Virus record (IMG/VR): IMGVR_UViG_3300042922_000204
DNA from: a virus
Strand: one strand, 5' to 3'
Length of the DNA stretch: 38,529 nucleotides
Shown piece by piece: positions 7,175 through 15,530 of this stretch; the first letter of the stretch is position 1, and the number at the start of each line of letters is the position of its first letter. A program made the position numbers and the translations under genes. The notes under the pieces are model-generated. The model searched no databases. It had not been told where the DNA came from and saw nothing but the letters and a program-made list of their open reading frames with translations.

Positions 7175-7390
7175 TTGATAGAGTGTTATTTGATAAATGA
7201 TGGAAAATTTAAAAGTGTTGGTATGTCTGAAGAACATCTAATCCAATTATCCAACAATCTTAGAACTTACGGTATAGAAATGGTTCATTTCGAAAAAGAA
7301 AGTATTTTGGTTGAAGGTATATATATTCCTGCAAAAGGAACAAATAATTCATTAATGATAATACCAAGCATTGAAGATGAAAAGGAGTGA
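7175..7390 (+). CDS. Hypothetical protein
   Basis: ORF track. TTG start in the cassette GGGGGATAACTCATTG. Confidence 0.55.
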   Translation: MIECYLINDGKFKSVGMSEEHLIQLSNNLRTYGIEMVHFEKESILVEGIYIPAKGTNNSLMIIPSIEDEKE

Positions 7391-7397
7391 TAACTCA

Positions 7398-7799
7398 TTG
7401 AGCATATATAACCTATCAAGAGAATTAGAAATTGAAACTAGGACATTACATAGCTTAGAGAGACAGTATAAGAAGTTAGAAATTAACTTAAGCCCCAAAG
7501 GGTTAAATAAGGGGCGAAGCTATGAAGTGCATGATAATATACATGGTAGTGGTTCAATGACGTTCGCTGATGCTTTGAGGGTAATGGAGAGTTTGAGGAT
7601 AGACATAGTAGAGCAGATAAATAAGATTAAGGTTATAGAGTTAGACATTAAGAAGATAGATGAGACAATAAAGAGTTTCAAGGGATTAAAGCAAAAGGTG
7701 AAGTATATGCAGTTAGTGGAGGGCAAGAGTTTAAGGGAGATAGCAAGGGAGTTAGATTATAACTATGGGCATATAAGAAAGGTGGCTATGAATAAGTGA
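7398..7799 (+). CDS. Late-gene transcriptional activator (RinA/ArpU-like, sigma-70 region-4-like HTH)
   Basis: C-terminal EGKSLREIARELDYNYGHIRKVA is a region-4-type HTH. Size and position just upstream of the packaging genes fit. TTG7398 in the cassette AGGAGTGATAACTCATTG lies after the upstream stop at 7390. Confidence 0.6.
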   Translation: MSIYNLSRELEIETRTLHSLERQYKKLEINLSPKGLNKGRSYEVHDNIHGSGSMTFADALRVMESLRIDIVEQINKIKVIELDIKKIDETIKSFKGLKQKVKYMQLVEGKSLREIARELDYNYGHIRKVAMNK

Positions 7800-7804
7800 A
7801 TAAC

Positions 7805-7954
7805 ATGAGAAAAGAGATACTAAGCAAGTTTGGAATTACAAGATGCCAACTTTGCAATAAACTCACTAGAGTAAAAAGTACCGTAGGGATTAAAAATCGG
7901 TTCAATGGTAAAAAACTAAGACTGTGTAAGTCATGTGGTAAAAGCTTTAATTAA
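7805..7954 (+). CDS. Small zinc-ribbon protein (49 aa)
   Basis: Translated by hand: MRKEILSKFGITRCQLCNKL...LRLCKSCGKSFN. Weak SD. Confidence 0.4.
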   Translation: MRKEILSKFGITRCQLCNKLTRVKSTVGIKNRFNGKKLRLCKSCGKSFN

Positions 7955-8081
7955 AATGTGCAACAATCATGCAACAGTTTAGATAGACAAAATGTGATAT
8001 GCTACTACTGTAGAAGTATATCGGTAAGTAGTAAAACGAAACAAGAAGTATAATAAATATGTTGTTGGCAAAGAAACTAAT

Positions 8082-8116
8082 AAGATTACCTTGTGGCGAG
8101 GTAGTCTTATTTTTAT
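8082..8116 (+). terminator. Rho-independent terminator at the early/late boundary
   Basis: AAGATTACC-ttgtggcga-GGTAGTCTT forms a 9-bp stem with one G-U pair, followed by ATTTTTAT. Confidence 0.6.
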
Positions 8117-8137
8117 GTCACAAACTAAGGTGATGAT

Positions 8138-8422
8138 ATGTACCAAGAGGGAATATACAAAGTAATCCGAGATAGTAAAGGTTATGTACTTATTAACACG
8201 ATAGGAGAGTACAAATCGCATGGGCATCTCAAGTCTTTACATATAGCCAAGAAGGTAATTAAGATGATGAAGAAAGGTACTGTGCCTGACTCTGATTACC
8301 TGAGAGGGACAGTGTTGAGGGTATCGACTGACAAGGCGTATATAGATAAGGTTAACCAGAAGATAATCAAAGACCGTAACAAGCTAGGGTTTATTAATAT
8401 AAACAAAGGGTTAGTACGATGA
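8138..8422 (+). CDS. Hypothetical protein
   Basis: ORF track. ATG behind AAGGTGA. First gene after the terminator. Confidence 0.6.
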   Translation: MYQEGIYKVIRDSKGYVLINTIGEYKSHGHLKSLHIAKKVIKMMKKGTVPDSDYLRGTVLRVSTDKAYIDKVNQKIIKDRNKLGFININKGLVR

Positions 8423-8493
8423 ACAAGTGTAAGGGTTGCGTATGGGTAGTAAAGGTTAATGATAAGGTGTGGTACTGTATGTGGAGTAGATAG
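8419..8493 (+). CDS. Possible micro-ORF (24 aa, Cys-rich)
   Basis: ATGA overlap with the upstream stop. Sequence is MNKCKGCVWVVKVNDKVWYCMWSR. It ends 1 nt before the HNH ATG. Confidence 0.25.
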   Translation: MNKCKGCVWVVKVNDKVWYCMWSR

Positions 8494-8494
8494 T

Positions 8495-8809
8495 ATGGCT
8501 AAACCATTCGCCATTAAGTTCTACAATAGTAAGGCTTGGAGGGTATGCAGAAAGTCTTACTATCAATCAGTAGATGGACTATGCGAGAAGTGTATAGAAG
8601 AAGGCAAGGTCAAGTTAGGCGACGAGGTACATCATAAGATAGAACTCACACCTGACAACATAGATGATCCGAACATTACATTAGCATGGAGCAACCTACA
8701 ACTACTATGCTTCACTTGCCATCAAGATATAACTCATGAGAGAAAGAAACCTATGAGAAAAGGATTATGTTTTAATGAATATGGGGAACTAGTACAGGAA
8801 AAAGAGTAG
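8495..8809 (+). CDS. Terminase-associated HNH endonuclease
   Basis: MAKPFAIKFYNSKAWRVCRKSY...CEKC...EVHHKIEL...LCFTCHQDITH is the HNH family found next to terminases of cos phages. ATG8495 is in frame with track ORF 8459..8809. Confidence 0.85.
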   Translation: MAKPFAIKFYNSKAWRVCRKSYYQSVDGLCEKCIEEGKVKLGDEVHHKIELTPDNIDDPNITLAWSNLQLLCFTCHQDITHERKKPMRKGLCFNEYGELVQEKE

Positions 8810-8810
8810 G

Positions 8811-8914
8811 AAAGTGGGAGAGAAACCCTAATCCCCCCCTAAAAAGTACACAAAAGTGGGAGACAAAAAACCGAGGGCTAAGGTCAGCTCGACACACAAG
8901 AAAAAGTGGGTGAC
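8811..8914 (+). repeat. Three direct AAAGTGGG(A/T)GA repeats in a C-tract-rich intergenic region (candidate cos / TerS-binding region)
   Basis: Copies at 8811-8822, 8853-8864 and 8903-8914, interspersed with CCCCCCC (8833-8839) and CCCCCTACCCC (8914-8924). Lies between HNH and terS. Confidence 0.6.
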
Positions 8915-8943
8915 CCCCTACCCCGAGAAAAGAAGGTGAATTT

Positions 8944-9315
8944 ATGACGAAGAAGAAAGAGTTACCCAAAGCTGAAAGAATCAACAAAGAAGAAGCCAGA
9001 CTTAGAAGGACTTACAAAAGTTTACCGAAAGATGTAATTAGTATAATGGATGGACTCTTTCGGAGAGCGGCATATATGAGAGCAACCTTAGAAGATTATG
9101 AGAAAGACTTAGATGAAAATGGTTATGTTGAGAAATTCACCCAATCGGAGAAAACGGAACCCTATGAAAGGGAAAGACCTGCAGCAAGACTCTATAATAC
9201 AATGACCAAGAATTATCAGAGCGCAATCAAACAACTGGATGACAAACTCCCAAAGGAAGAAGTTAAAGAGGTTGATGATGGTTTTAACAGCTTCGTAAAC
9301 GCAAGAGATGATTAA
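8944..9315 (+). CDS. terS: Terminase small subunit (P27-like)
   Basis: 123 aa. Positioned directly upstream of and overlapping terL. Sequence pattern LFRRAAYMRATLEDYEKDLDENG...ERPAARLYN is typical of the P27-family small subunit. Confidence 0.75.
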   Translation: MTKKKELPKAERINKEEARLRRTYKSLPKDVISIMDGLFRRAAYMRATLEDYEKDLDENGYVEKFTQSEKTEPYERERPAARLYNTMTKNYQSAIKQLDDKLPKEEVKEVDDGFNSFVNARDD

Positions 9316-10993
9316 GTACCCTTTAACATACAATCCAATAATTGAATATTGGGACCTGATGGAAAATGGTCAAGAAGTAGTATCAAAGAAAATATGCAAA
9401 ACGTATAAAAAAGCGGTCTATGATCTCACAGATAATACTAGCGAATATTATTATAGTCCTCAAAGAGCAAATCATATAATCGAATTTATAGAAAACTTTT
9501 GTAGACACTCAAAAGGCAAAATGGGTGGCAAACCTGTAATTTTAGAACTGTGGGAAAAGGCAATGTTGGCTGTAATATTCGGATTTATTGATATAGAAGG
9601 TAATAGGAAATATAGAGAATCGCTACTAATAGTTGGTAAAAAGAATGGAAAATCACTTATATCTTCATGCGTTGGCTTGTATCTGCAAGTTGGAGATAGT
9701 GAAGCTGGACCCGAAATATATGCAGTAGCAACAAAAAAAGATCAAGCTAAAATCATATGGTCCGAAGCAAAACGAATGGTTATGAAATCCCCGACGTTGA
9801 AAAAGAGGATAAAAGGTCTCGTTGCTGAAATGGTTAGCAACTTTAATGATGGTTCATTCAAACCAGTTGCATCTGACACTGACACATTAGATGGTTTAAA
9901 CTGTTCTGGTGTGCTTATGGATGAAATACATCAATGGAAGAATGGGAAAGCCTTATTTGACATAATGGCGGATGGTGTGGGGGCGAGAGAACAACCGTTA
10001 ATATTTATTACATCTACAGCCGGGACCATTAGAGAAGATATATATGATCAAAAATACAACGAAGCAGAACAAGTTATAAATGGTTACTTTGATCCAGGAG
10101 GATATAGAGATGATCGGTTTATAGCTTTTATTTATGAGTTGGATAATCGTAAGGAGTGGACAGATCCTAAATGTTGGAGAAAAGCTAATCCAGGACTAGG
10201 CACAATTAAAAATGAAAAGACCTTAGCTACGAAAGTCGAGAAAGCTAAGTCAAATAATATGCTAGTTAAGAATCTGGTGTGCAAAGAGTTCAACATAAGA
10301 GAAACTTCAAGCGAAGCGTGGCTCACTTTCGAAGACCTTAATAATATAGAGACTTTTGATATTAAAGAATTAAAGCCTAGATATGGTATCGGCGGTCTTG
10401 ACCTTTCAACCACAACAGATTTAACCTGTGCAACTGTAATATTCAGAGTTCTTGATGATGAAACCCTATATGTTAAACAAATGTATTGGTTACCAGGAGA
10501 TTTACTTGAACAACGTACAAAGGAAGATAAAATACCTTATGATATATGGTTAGAACAAGGGTTATTAAGAGTTAGTGAAGGGAACAAGATTAATTATAAA
10601 GATGTGACAAGTTGGTTCCTTGAAGTTCAAAACGAACTCGATATATACATATACAAAATAGGTTACGATAGTTGGAATAGTCAATACATCATAGATGAGT
10701 TGCAACAAAGCTTTGGCAAGACTTCAACTGATCCGGTTGTCCAGGGAGCTAAAACGTTTTCTAGCCCTATGAAAAGTTTTCAAGCAGATTTAGCAGCTAA
10801 AAGAATCAATTATAACAATTCACCAATCTTAAAATGGAATTTAAGTAACGCTTCAATAACAATAGATAGAAATGAAAACTATGCACTTTGCAAAACCAGT
10901 AATGCGAAGCGAAGAATAGATGGGGTTGCAAGTTTACTAGATGCGTACATCACATATGAACGCATCTATGAGGATTATATGAATCTTATTTAA
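9308..10993 (+). CDS. terL: Terminase large subunit
   Basis: 561 aa. Walker A-like LLIVGKKNGKS, Walker B-type VLMDEIHQW, C-terminal nuclease region. Synteny terS-terL-portal. Confidence 0.9.
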   Translation: MIKYPLTYNPIIEYWDLMENGQEVVSKKICKTYKKAVYDLTDNTSEYYYSPQRANHIIEFIENFCRHSKGKMGGKPVILELWEKAMLAVIFGFIDIEGNRKYRESLLIVGKKNGKSLISSCVGLYLQVGDSEAGPEIYAVATKKDQAKIIWSEAKRMVMKSPTLKKRIKGLVAEMVSNFNDGSFKPVASDTDTLDGLNCSGVLMDEIHQWKNGKALFDIMADGVGAREQPLIFITSTAGTIREDIYDQKYNEAEQVINGYFDPGGYRDDRFIAFIYELDNRKEWTDPKCWRKANPGLGTIKNEKTLATKVEKAKSNNMLVKNLVCKEFNIRETSSEAWLTFEDLNNIETFDIKELKPRYGIGGLDLSTTTDLTCATVIFRVLDDETLYVKQMYWLPGDLLEQRTKEDKIPYDIWLEQGLLRVSEGNKINYKDVTSWFLEVQNELDIYIYKIGYDSWNSQYIIDELQQSFGKTSTDPVVQGAKTFSSPMKSFQADLAAKRINYNNSPILKWNLSNASITIDRNENYALCKTSNAKRRIDGVASLLDAYITYERIYEDYMNLI

Positions 10994-10998
10994 GGGAG

Positions 10999-12234
10999 GT
11001 GAGAAAAATAGGCATACTAGATAGGTTTAAAAATAAAAGCACCTCTGTGACTAGATTTGAAATGATTAGCGATAATGGTAACGGATATTACGCCTGGAAT
11101 GGCAAGTTATATAAAAGTGACATTGTAAGAGCATGTATAAGACCTAAATCAAAGGCGGTAGGCAAATTAGTAGCTAAGCACATCAGAGAAACCCTTAAAC
11201 CCGATGGATCAACAGATTTAAAGGTAAATCCTGACGTGTATATGAGATTTCTACTAGAAGAACCCAACCCATACATGACAGGACAGATGATGCAAGAGAA
11301 AATCACTACTCAGTTACAGTTAAACAACAACGCTTTTATATACATCAACAGGGATGACAATGGCTATCCTAATGAGTTATATCCTGTGCCTTGTTTGGGT
11401 GCAGAAGCTAAGTATAATAGCCAAGGCGAGTTGTTTTTGAAGTGTACTATGAGAAATGGGAAGATGGTTACTTATCCATATACAGATATTATCCATTTGC
11501 GCCAAGATTACAATGAAAATGATATATTCGGAGAAAGTCCCAGAGATGCTTTGCTTCCACTCATGGAAATAGTTAATACAACAGATCAAGGAATAGTTAA
11601 AGCAATCAGAAACTCTAATATCATAAAATGGTTACTTAAATTTAATCAAACACTAAGGCCTGAGGATCTGAAAAAGCAAACAGAAGATTTCGTCACTAAC
11701 TATTTAAATATAGATAGTACGTCGGTAGGCGCTGCTGCGGTTGATGCTAAAGTAGATGCACAACAAGTTAGTCCCAATGACTATGTTCCCAATGCCCCGC
11801 AGATGGACAGAACTACTGTAAGGATATATTCGTTCTTTGGCACTAATGAGAAGATAGTTCAATCTAAATACTCAGAAGATGAATGGAACTCTTACTATGA
11901 GTCAGAAATTGAACCTTTGGCAATGCAATTAAGTGGTGAATTTACTAGAAAACTATTCACCAGGAGAGAAAGAGGTTTTGGAAACTCAATTATATTTGAA
12001 GCATCAAACCTTCAATATGCTTCAATGTCTACTAAGTTAAATTTATTACAAATGGTAGATAGGGGCGCATTGACTCCGAACGAGTGGAGGAAGATACTTG
12101 GAGGATTGGCACCAGTGCAAGGTGGAGATGTCCCAGTTAGACGTTTAGATACTGCGGTAGTAACTGAGGTTAATAATAAGTTAAATGAGATTAAAAAGGC
12201 ATTAAAGGGGGTGATAAATATTGAAGAAAGTTAA
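10999..12234 (+). CDS. Portal protein (HK97 family)
   Basis: 411 aa between terL and the prohead protease. The track GTG10999 lies inside the SD GGAGGTGA. ATA11008 (5 nt after the SD) is the likelier start, giving (M)GILDRFKNK. Confidence 0.85.
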   Translation: MRKIGILDRFKNKSTSVTRFEMISDNGNGYYAWNGKLYKSDIVRACIRPKSKAVGKLVAKHIRETLKPDGSTDLKVNPDVYMRFLLEEPNPYMTGQMMQEKITTQLQLNNNAFIYINRDDNGYPNELYPVPCLGAEAKYNSQGELFLKCTMRNGKMVTYPYTDIIHLRQDYNENDIFGESPRDALLPLMEIVNTTDQGIVKAIRNSNIIKWLLKFNQTLRPEDLKKQTEDFVTNYLNIDSTSVGAAAVDAKVDAQQVSPNDYVPNAPQMDRTTVRIYSFFGTNEKIVQSKYSEDEWNSYYESEIEPLAMQLSGEFTRKLFTRRERGFGNSIIFEASNLQYASMSTKLNLLQMVDRGALTPNEWRKILGGLAPVQGGDVPVRRLDTAVVTEVNNKLNEIKKALKGVINIEES

Positions 12235-12913
12235 TATTAAAGGTGCCATAGTCTCAAATGATGATCAATGGATATATGAATGGTGTGATATTGAGTCCAC
12301 AAGTCCAAAATCAGTCATGAAAGAAATTAATGATGCCAATGGCGATGAATTGGAGGTTGAGATTAACTCGGGTGGTGGTGATATATTTGCCGGATCTGAA
12401 ATCTACACAGCTTTGAAATCTTATCAAGGCAATGTAGTAGTCAAAGTGGTCGGTTTGGCTGCAAGTGCTGCAAGTGTAATAGCTATGGCAGGTAAAAAGG
12501 TATTGATGTCACCCACTGCACAACTTATGATACATAACGTGTCAACTAGGGCCAGTGGAGATCACAGAGATATGGAACATACTGCTGAAGTCCTTAAAAA
12601 CGCAAATGAAACAATAGCTAACTCATATACGATAAAAAGTGGTATGGGTAAAGATGAATTATTAGCTATGATGGACCATGAAACGTGGCTCACCCCACAA
12701 CAAGCACTAGACCATAAATTTATTGATGAAATAATGTTTAGTAATCAATTAGATTTAGTTGCTAGTTATGGAAATTCAATTCTTCCAAAAGAATTAATAA
12801 ACAAAATAAGAAATACAATCAATCCGATAAGAAATGAGTCGGATATTTTTATGCAACAAAAAGCAGAAGCACAATTAAAACTACTTAAATTAAAAGGAGG
12901 GTCACATAGATGA
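12221..12913 (+). CDS. Prohead maturation protease (ClpP-like serine protease)
   Basis: EINSGGGDIFAGSEIYTAL...GLAASAASVIAMAG...LMIHN is the ClpP-family pattern. TTG behind AAGGGGGTGA. Confidence 0.85.
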   Translation: MKKVNIKGAIVSNDDQWIYEWCDIESTSPKSVMKEINDANGDELEVEINSGGGDIFAGSEIYTALKSYQGNVVVKVVGLAASAASVIAMAGKKVLMSPTAQLMIHNVSTRASGDHRDMEHTAEVLKNANETIANSYTIKSGMGKDELLAMMDHETWLTPQQALDHKFIDEIMFSNQLDLVASYGNSILPKELINKIRNTINPIRNESDIFMQQKAEAQLKLLKLKGGSHR

Positions 12914-14121
12914 CTTTTGAAAAATACTTAGAACAAAGAAACGTTTTACTAGATGAGGCTAAGGCTTTTATAGCTGAGGGGAAAATTGAGGAATCAAATG
13001 TAAAAATGAAAGAAGTAGAAACACTAGACAACCAATGGGAAGAAGTAAAGTTGGCTAATGCTAATTTAAACGCCCTGAAAGGTAGTACGAAGATCACAGA
13101 TATACAAAATAAAGGGGTGGATATTGTGGGCACAGTAATTGATTCGACAGAAAGCGTGTTAAACGATGATATGTTTGCATCAGTAGAATATAGAAAAGCG
13201 TTTATGAATAACGTTTTAAAAGGTTCTGCAATTCCAGAAAAATTCCTAAATGTAGATGCTAATACAAAAACAACTGATATAGGATCAGTTATTCCTACTA
13301 CTGTTTTAGAAAAAATTATTGAAAAGCTAGAATCTACTGGAATGATTTTGCCTTTAGTTACTCGTACAGCTTACAAGGGCGGAATGTCGATCCCTACATC
13401 TACTGTAAAACCAGTCGCAACATGGGTCGTAGAGGGTGCAGGAAGTGACAAGCAAAAGAAAACAACTGGCGTAATTACTTTTAACTATTATAAATTACGT
13501 TGCGCTGTTTCGATTTCATTAGAAGCTGGAGTAACTTCATTACCAGTGTTTGAAGCAACTTTAATTAACAATGTTACTGAAGCGATGATTAAGGCGATAG
13601 AGCAAGCTATTATTAGTGGTTCAGGTGTCGGACAGCCTAAAGGAGTTTTAACTGAGGTTGTAGTTGTTGGTCAAAATGTAGATATTACACTAGCAGGCAA
13701 ACCAGAATATCAAACTTTAATCGATGCCGAAGCTGCATTACCTTTGGCTTATGAGACAGAAGCTCTTTGGGTAATGACAAAGAAAACGTTTATGAGGTTT
13801 ATCGGAATGGTGGATTCACAAAAACAACCTATCGCAAGAGTGAATTATGGCATTAATGGTCGTCCAGAACGTACACTGCTAGGTCGCGCAGTTGTCTTAG
13901 TTGATTACATGGATTCTTTAGTTGATGCGCCTGTAGCAACTTCCGTTGTAGCTTTCTTATTTAACTTTAAAGACTATATTTTGAACACTAACTACAATAT
14001 GACTTTAAAGCGTTACGAAGATAATGACACTGACGACGAAGTAACAAAAGCTATCATGCTTGTAGATGGTAAAGTTGTAGATAAAAATTCACTTGTAACA
14101 ATAACCAAGAAACACGCTTAA
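12910..14121 (+). CDS. Major capsid protein (HK97 fold) with N-terminal coiled-coil delta domain
   Basis: 403 aa directly after the protease. N-terminal coiled coil, then a capsid-like region. A terminator follows. Confidence 0.85.
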   Translation: MTFEKYLEQRNVLLDEAKAFIAEGKIEESNVKMKEVETLDNQWEEVKLANANLNALKGSTKITDIQNKGVDIVGTVIDSTESVLNDDMFASVEYRKAFMNNVLKGSAIPEKFLNVDANTKTTDIGSVIPTTVLEKIIEKLESTGMILPLVTRTAYKGGMSIPTSTVKPVATWVVEGAGSDKQKKTTGVITFNYYKLRCAVSISLEAGVTSLPVFEATLINNVTEAMIKAIEQAIISGSGVGQPKGVLTEVVVVGQNVDITLAGKPEYQTLIDAEAALPLAYETEALWVMTKKTFMRFIGMVDSQKQPIARVNYGINGRPERTLLGRAVVLVDYMDSLVDAPVATSVVAFLFNFKDYILNTNYNMTLKRYEDNDTDDEVTKAIMLVDGKVVDKNSLVTITKKHA

Positions 14122-14126
14122 TATTT

Positions 14127-14149
14127 AGGGACTTTTGTCCCTTTTTCTT
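14127..14149 (+). terminator. Rho-independent terminator after the capsid gene
   Basis: AGGGAC-tttt-GTCCCT followed by TTTTCTT. Confidence 0.7.
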
Positions 14150-14168
14150 AATAAAAGAGGTGATCTAA

Positions 14169-14459
14169 ATTATCTTAGATGATGTTAAAAAATCATTACG
14201 AATATCAACAACTTATTTCAATGATGATGTTCAAGATATAATCGATTCTGCAAAAGCCGACCTAATTTTAAGTGGCGTACTAGAAGCCAAGGTTGTGGAT
14301 AGTGACCCGCTTATAAAGAGGGCAGTAATCCTGTATAGCAAGGCTAATTTTGGTTCAGGCAATGCAGATAGTGAAAAATATATAGCATCTTATACAAGCC
14401 TTAAAACCCATCTGACGCTATCTCAAGAATATACGGTTGCACCAGTTGAGGTGATCTAA
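14169..14459 (+). CDS. Head-tail connector protein (gp6-like), ATT start
   Basis: Absent from the ORF track. Hand translation (I)ILDDVKKSLRISTTYFNDDVQDIIDSAKADLILSGV...LTLSQEYTVAPVEVI is typical of gp6-like connectors. The frame is closed by TAA at 14166-14168. ATT14169 occupies the same position after GAGGTGATCTAA as the ATG of the next gene. Confidence 0.75.
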   Translation: MILDDVKKSLRISTTYFNDDVQDIIDSAKADLILSGVLEAKVVDSDPLIKRAVILYSKANFGSGNADSEKYIASYTSLKTHLTLSQEYTVAPVEVI

Positions 14460-14777
14460 ATGTGGAAAGATATTGCTAAATTAATCTATACAACAATAAC
14501 ACAAGATGCTGATGGGTTCGATATTGAAACCAAAACCGAAACAGAAGTATGTGTGAATGTGAAATCAGTTGCAAGAACAGAGTTTTATTCAGCTTTGCAA
14601 TCTGGGTACAAGCCAACAATCGGATTTGAGGTGCATTCGTTTGACTTTGACTTAACTAAACACATGGTTGGAAATAAAGCTTTGTATGCAGATAAAGTTG
14701 AGTACGAAGGTGCAATATATGAAATTATTAGAACCTATGTAAAACAAAACGAAATAATGGAGTTAACATGTAGTTAG
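14460..14777 (+). CDS. Head closure / head-tail adaptor protein
   Basis: 105 aa. Position and pattern (KTETEVCVNVKSVARTEFYSALQSGYKP) fit SPP1 gp16-like head-closure proteins. Confidence 0.7.
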   Translation: MWKDIAKLIYTTITQDADGFDIETKTETEVCVNVKSVARTEFYSALQSGYKPTIGFEVHSFDFDLTKHMVGNKALYADKVEYEGAIYEIIRTYVKQNEIMELTCS

Positions 14778-14787
14778 GTGGTGAGGT

Positions 14788-15183
14788 ATGGCGAATTTCA
14801 ACTTTGATTTTGACCCGGAACTTGTAAGACAATTGGAAAGATTAGATAACTTTGACGAGATAGCACCAAAGATGCTAAATGATGCCATTCCAATTTTAGA
14901 GCGTAGTATGAAAAGCGAAGCCTCAAAGCACGCATTAACAAGCGATCTAACCAATTCAATTAAAAAAACAAAAGCTAAAAAGAATCAGCATGGTTGGTAT
15001 GTATCGGCTCGACCTACTGGCAAAGATAGAAAAGGCGTGAGTAACATGCAGAAACTTGTTCACTCGGAGTATGGTACAAGCCAACAATCTCCAACCCCAA
15101 TCATAGCAAAGACTTTAAACAATGCTGAAAGTGAAGTGATGAATGTACTACAGGAAACATTTAACGAGGTGATAGGCGAATGA
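14788..15183 (+). CDS. HK97 gp10-like tail-completion/neck protein
   Basis: The N-terminus ANFNFDFDPELVRQLERL...IAPKMLNDAIPILERSMK is typical of the HK97 gp10 family. Synteny supports it. Confidence 0.7.
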   Translation: MANFNFDFDPELVRQLERLDNFDEIAPKMLNDAIPILERSMKSEASKHALTSDLTNSIKKTKAKKNQHGWYVSARPTGKDRKGVSNMQKLVHSEYGTSQQSPTPIIAKTLNNAESEVMNVLQETFNEVIGE

Positions 15184-15527
15184 ATGTAAATAGCTTAATA
15201 ATAACCACCCTAACACCTCTAGGTTATCCAGTAGTCCCAAGCAAATACACTGGAACTAATCCAACCTACATAGTTTTCAACTACGTAGACGACAGAGGTG
15301 TAATATTTGCAGACAATGAGCCAATAATTGACATTGCCTACATGCAAATTCACCTATTTTGTCCAGTAACATTCAATTTTCATACACTAAAAAAACAGAT
15401 CCGCTCGAAGTTGTTTAAGGCGGGTTTTGCTTATCCTCAAATTACTACTTTATACGAGGATGAAACAAATACAAATCACATTGTCTTTGAATGTGAAATC
15501 GAAGGAAAATCAGAAACGGAGGAATAG
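15180..15527 (+). CDS. Tail terminator / tail completion protein (putative)
   Basis: 115 aa directly upstream of the major tail gene. Called from position only. Confidence 0.5.
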   Translation: MNVNSLIITTLTPLGYPVVPSKYTGTNPTYIVFNYVDDRGVIFADNEPIIDIAYMQIHLFCPVTFNFHTLKKQIRSKLFKAGFAYPQITTLYEDETNTNHIVFECEIEGKSETEE

Positions 15528-15530
15528 AAA

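Noticed and set aside
8772-8987. 71-aa minus-strand ORF across the HNH-terS intergenic region
   Set aside because: It overlaps the ends of two confident plus-strand genes and the repeat/C-tract region. The open frame is a by-product of G/C tracts.
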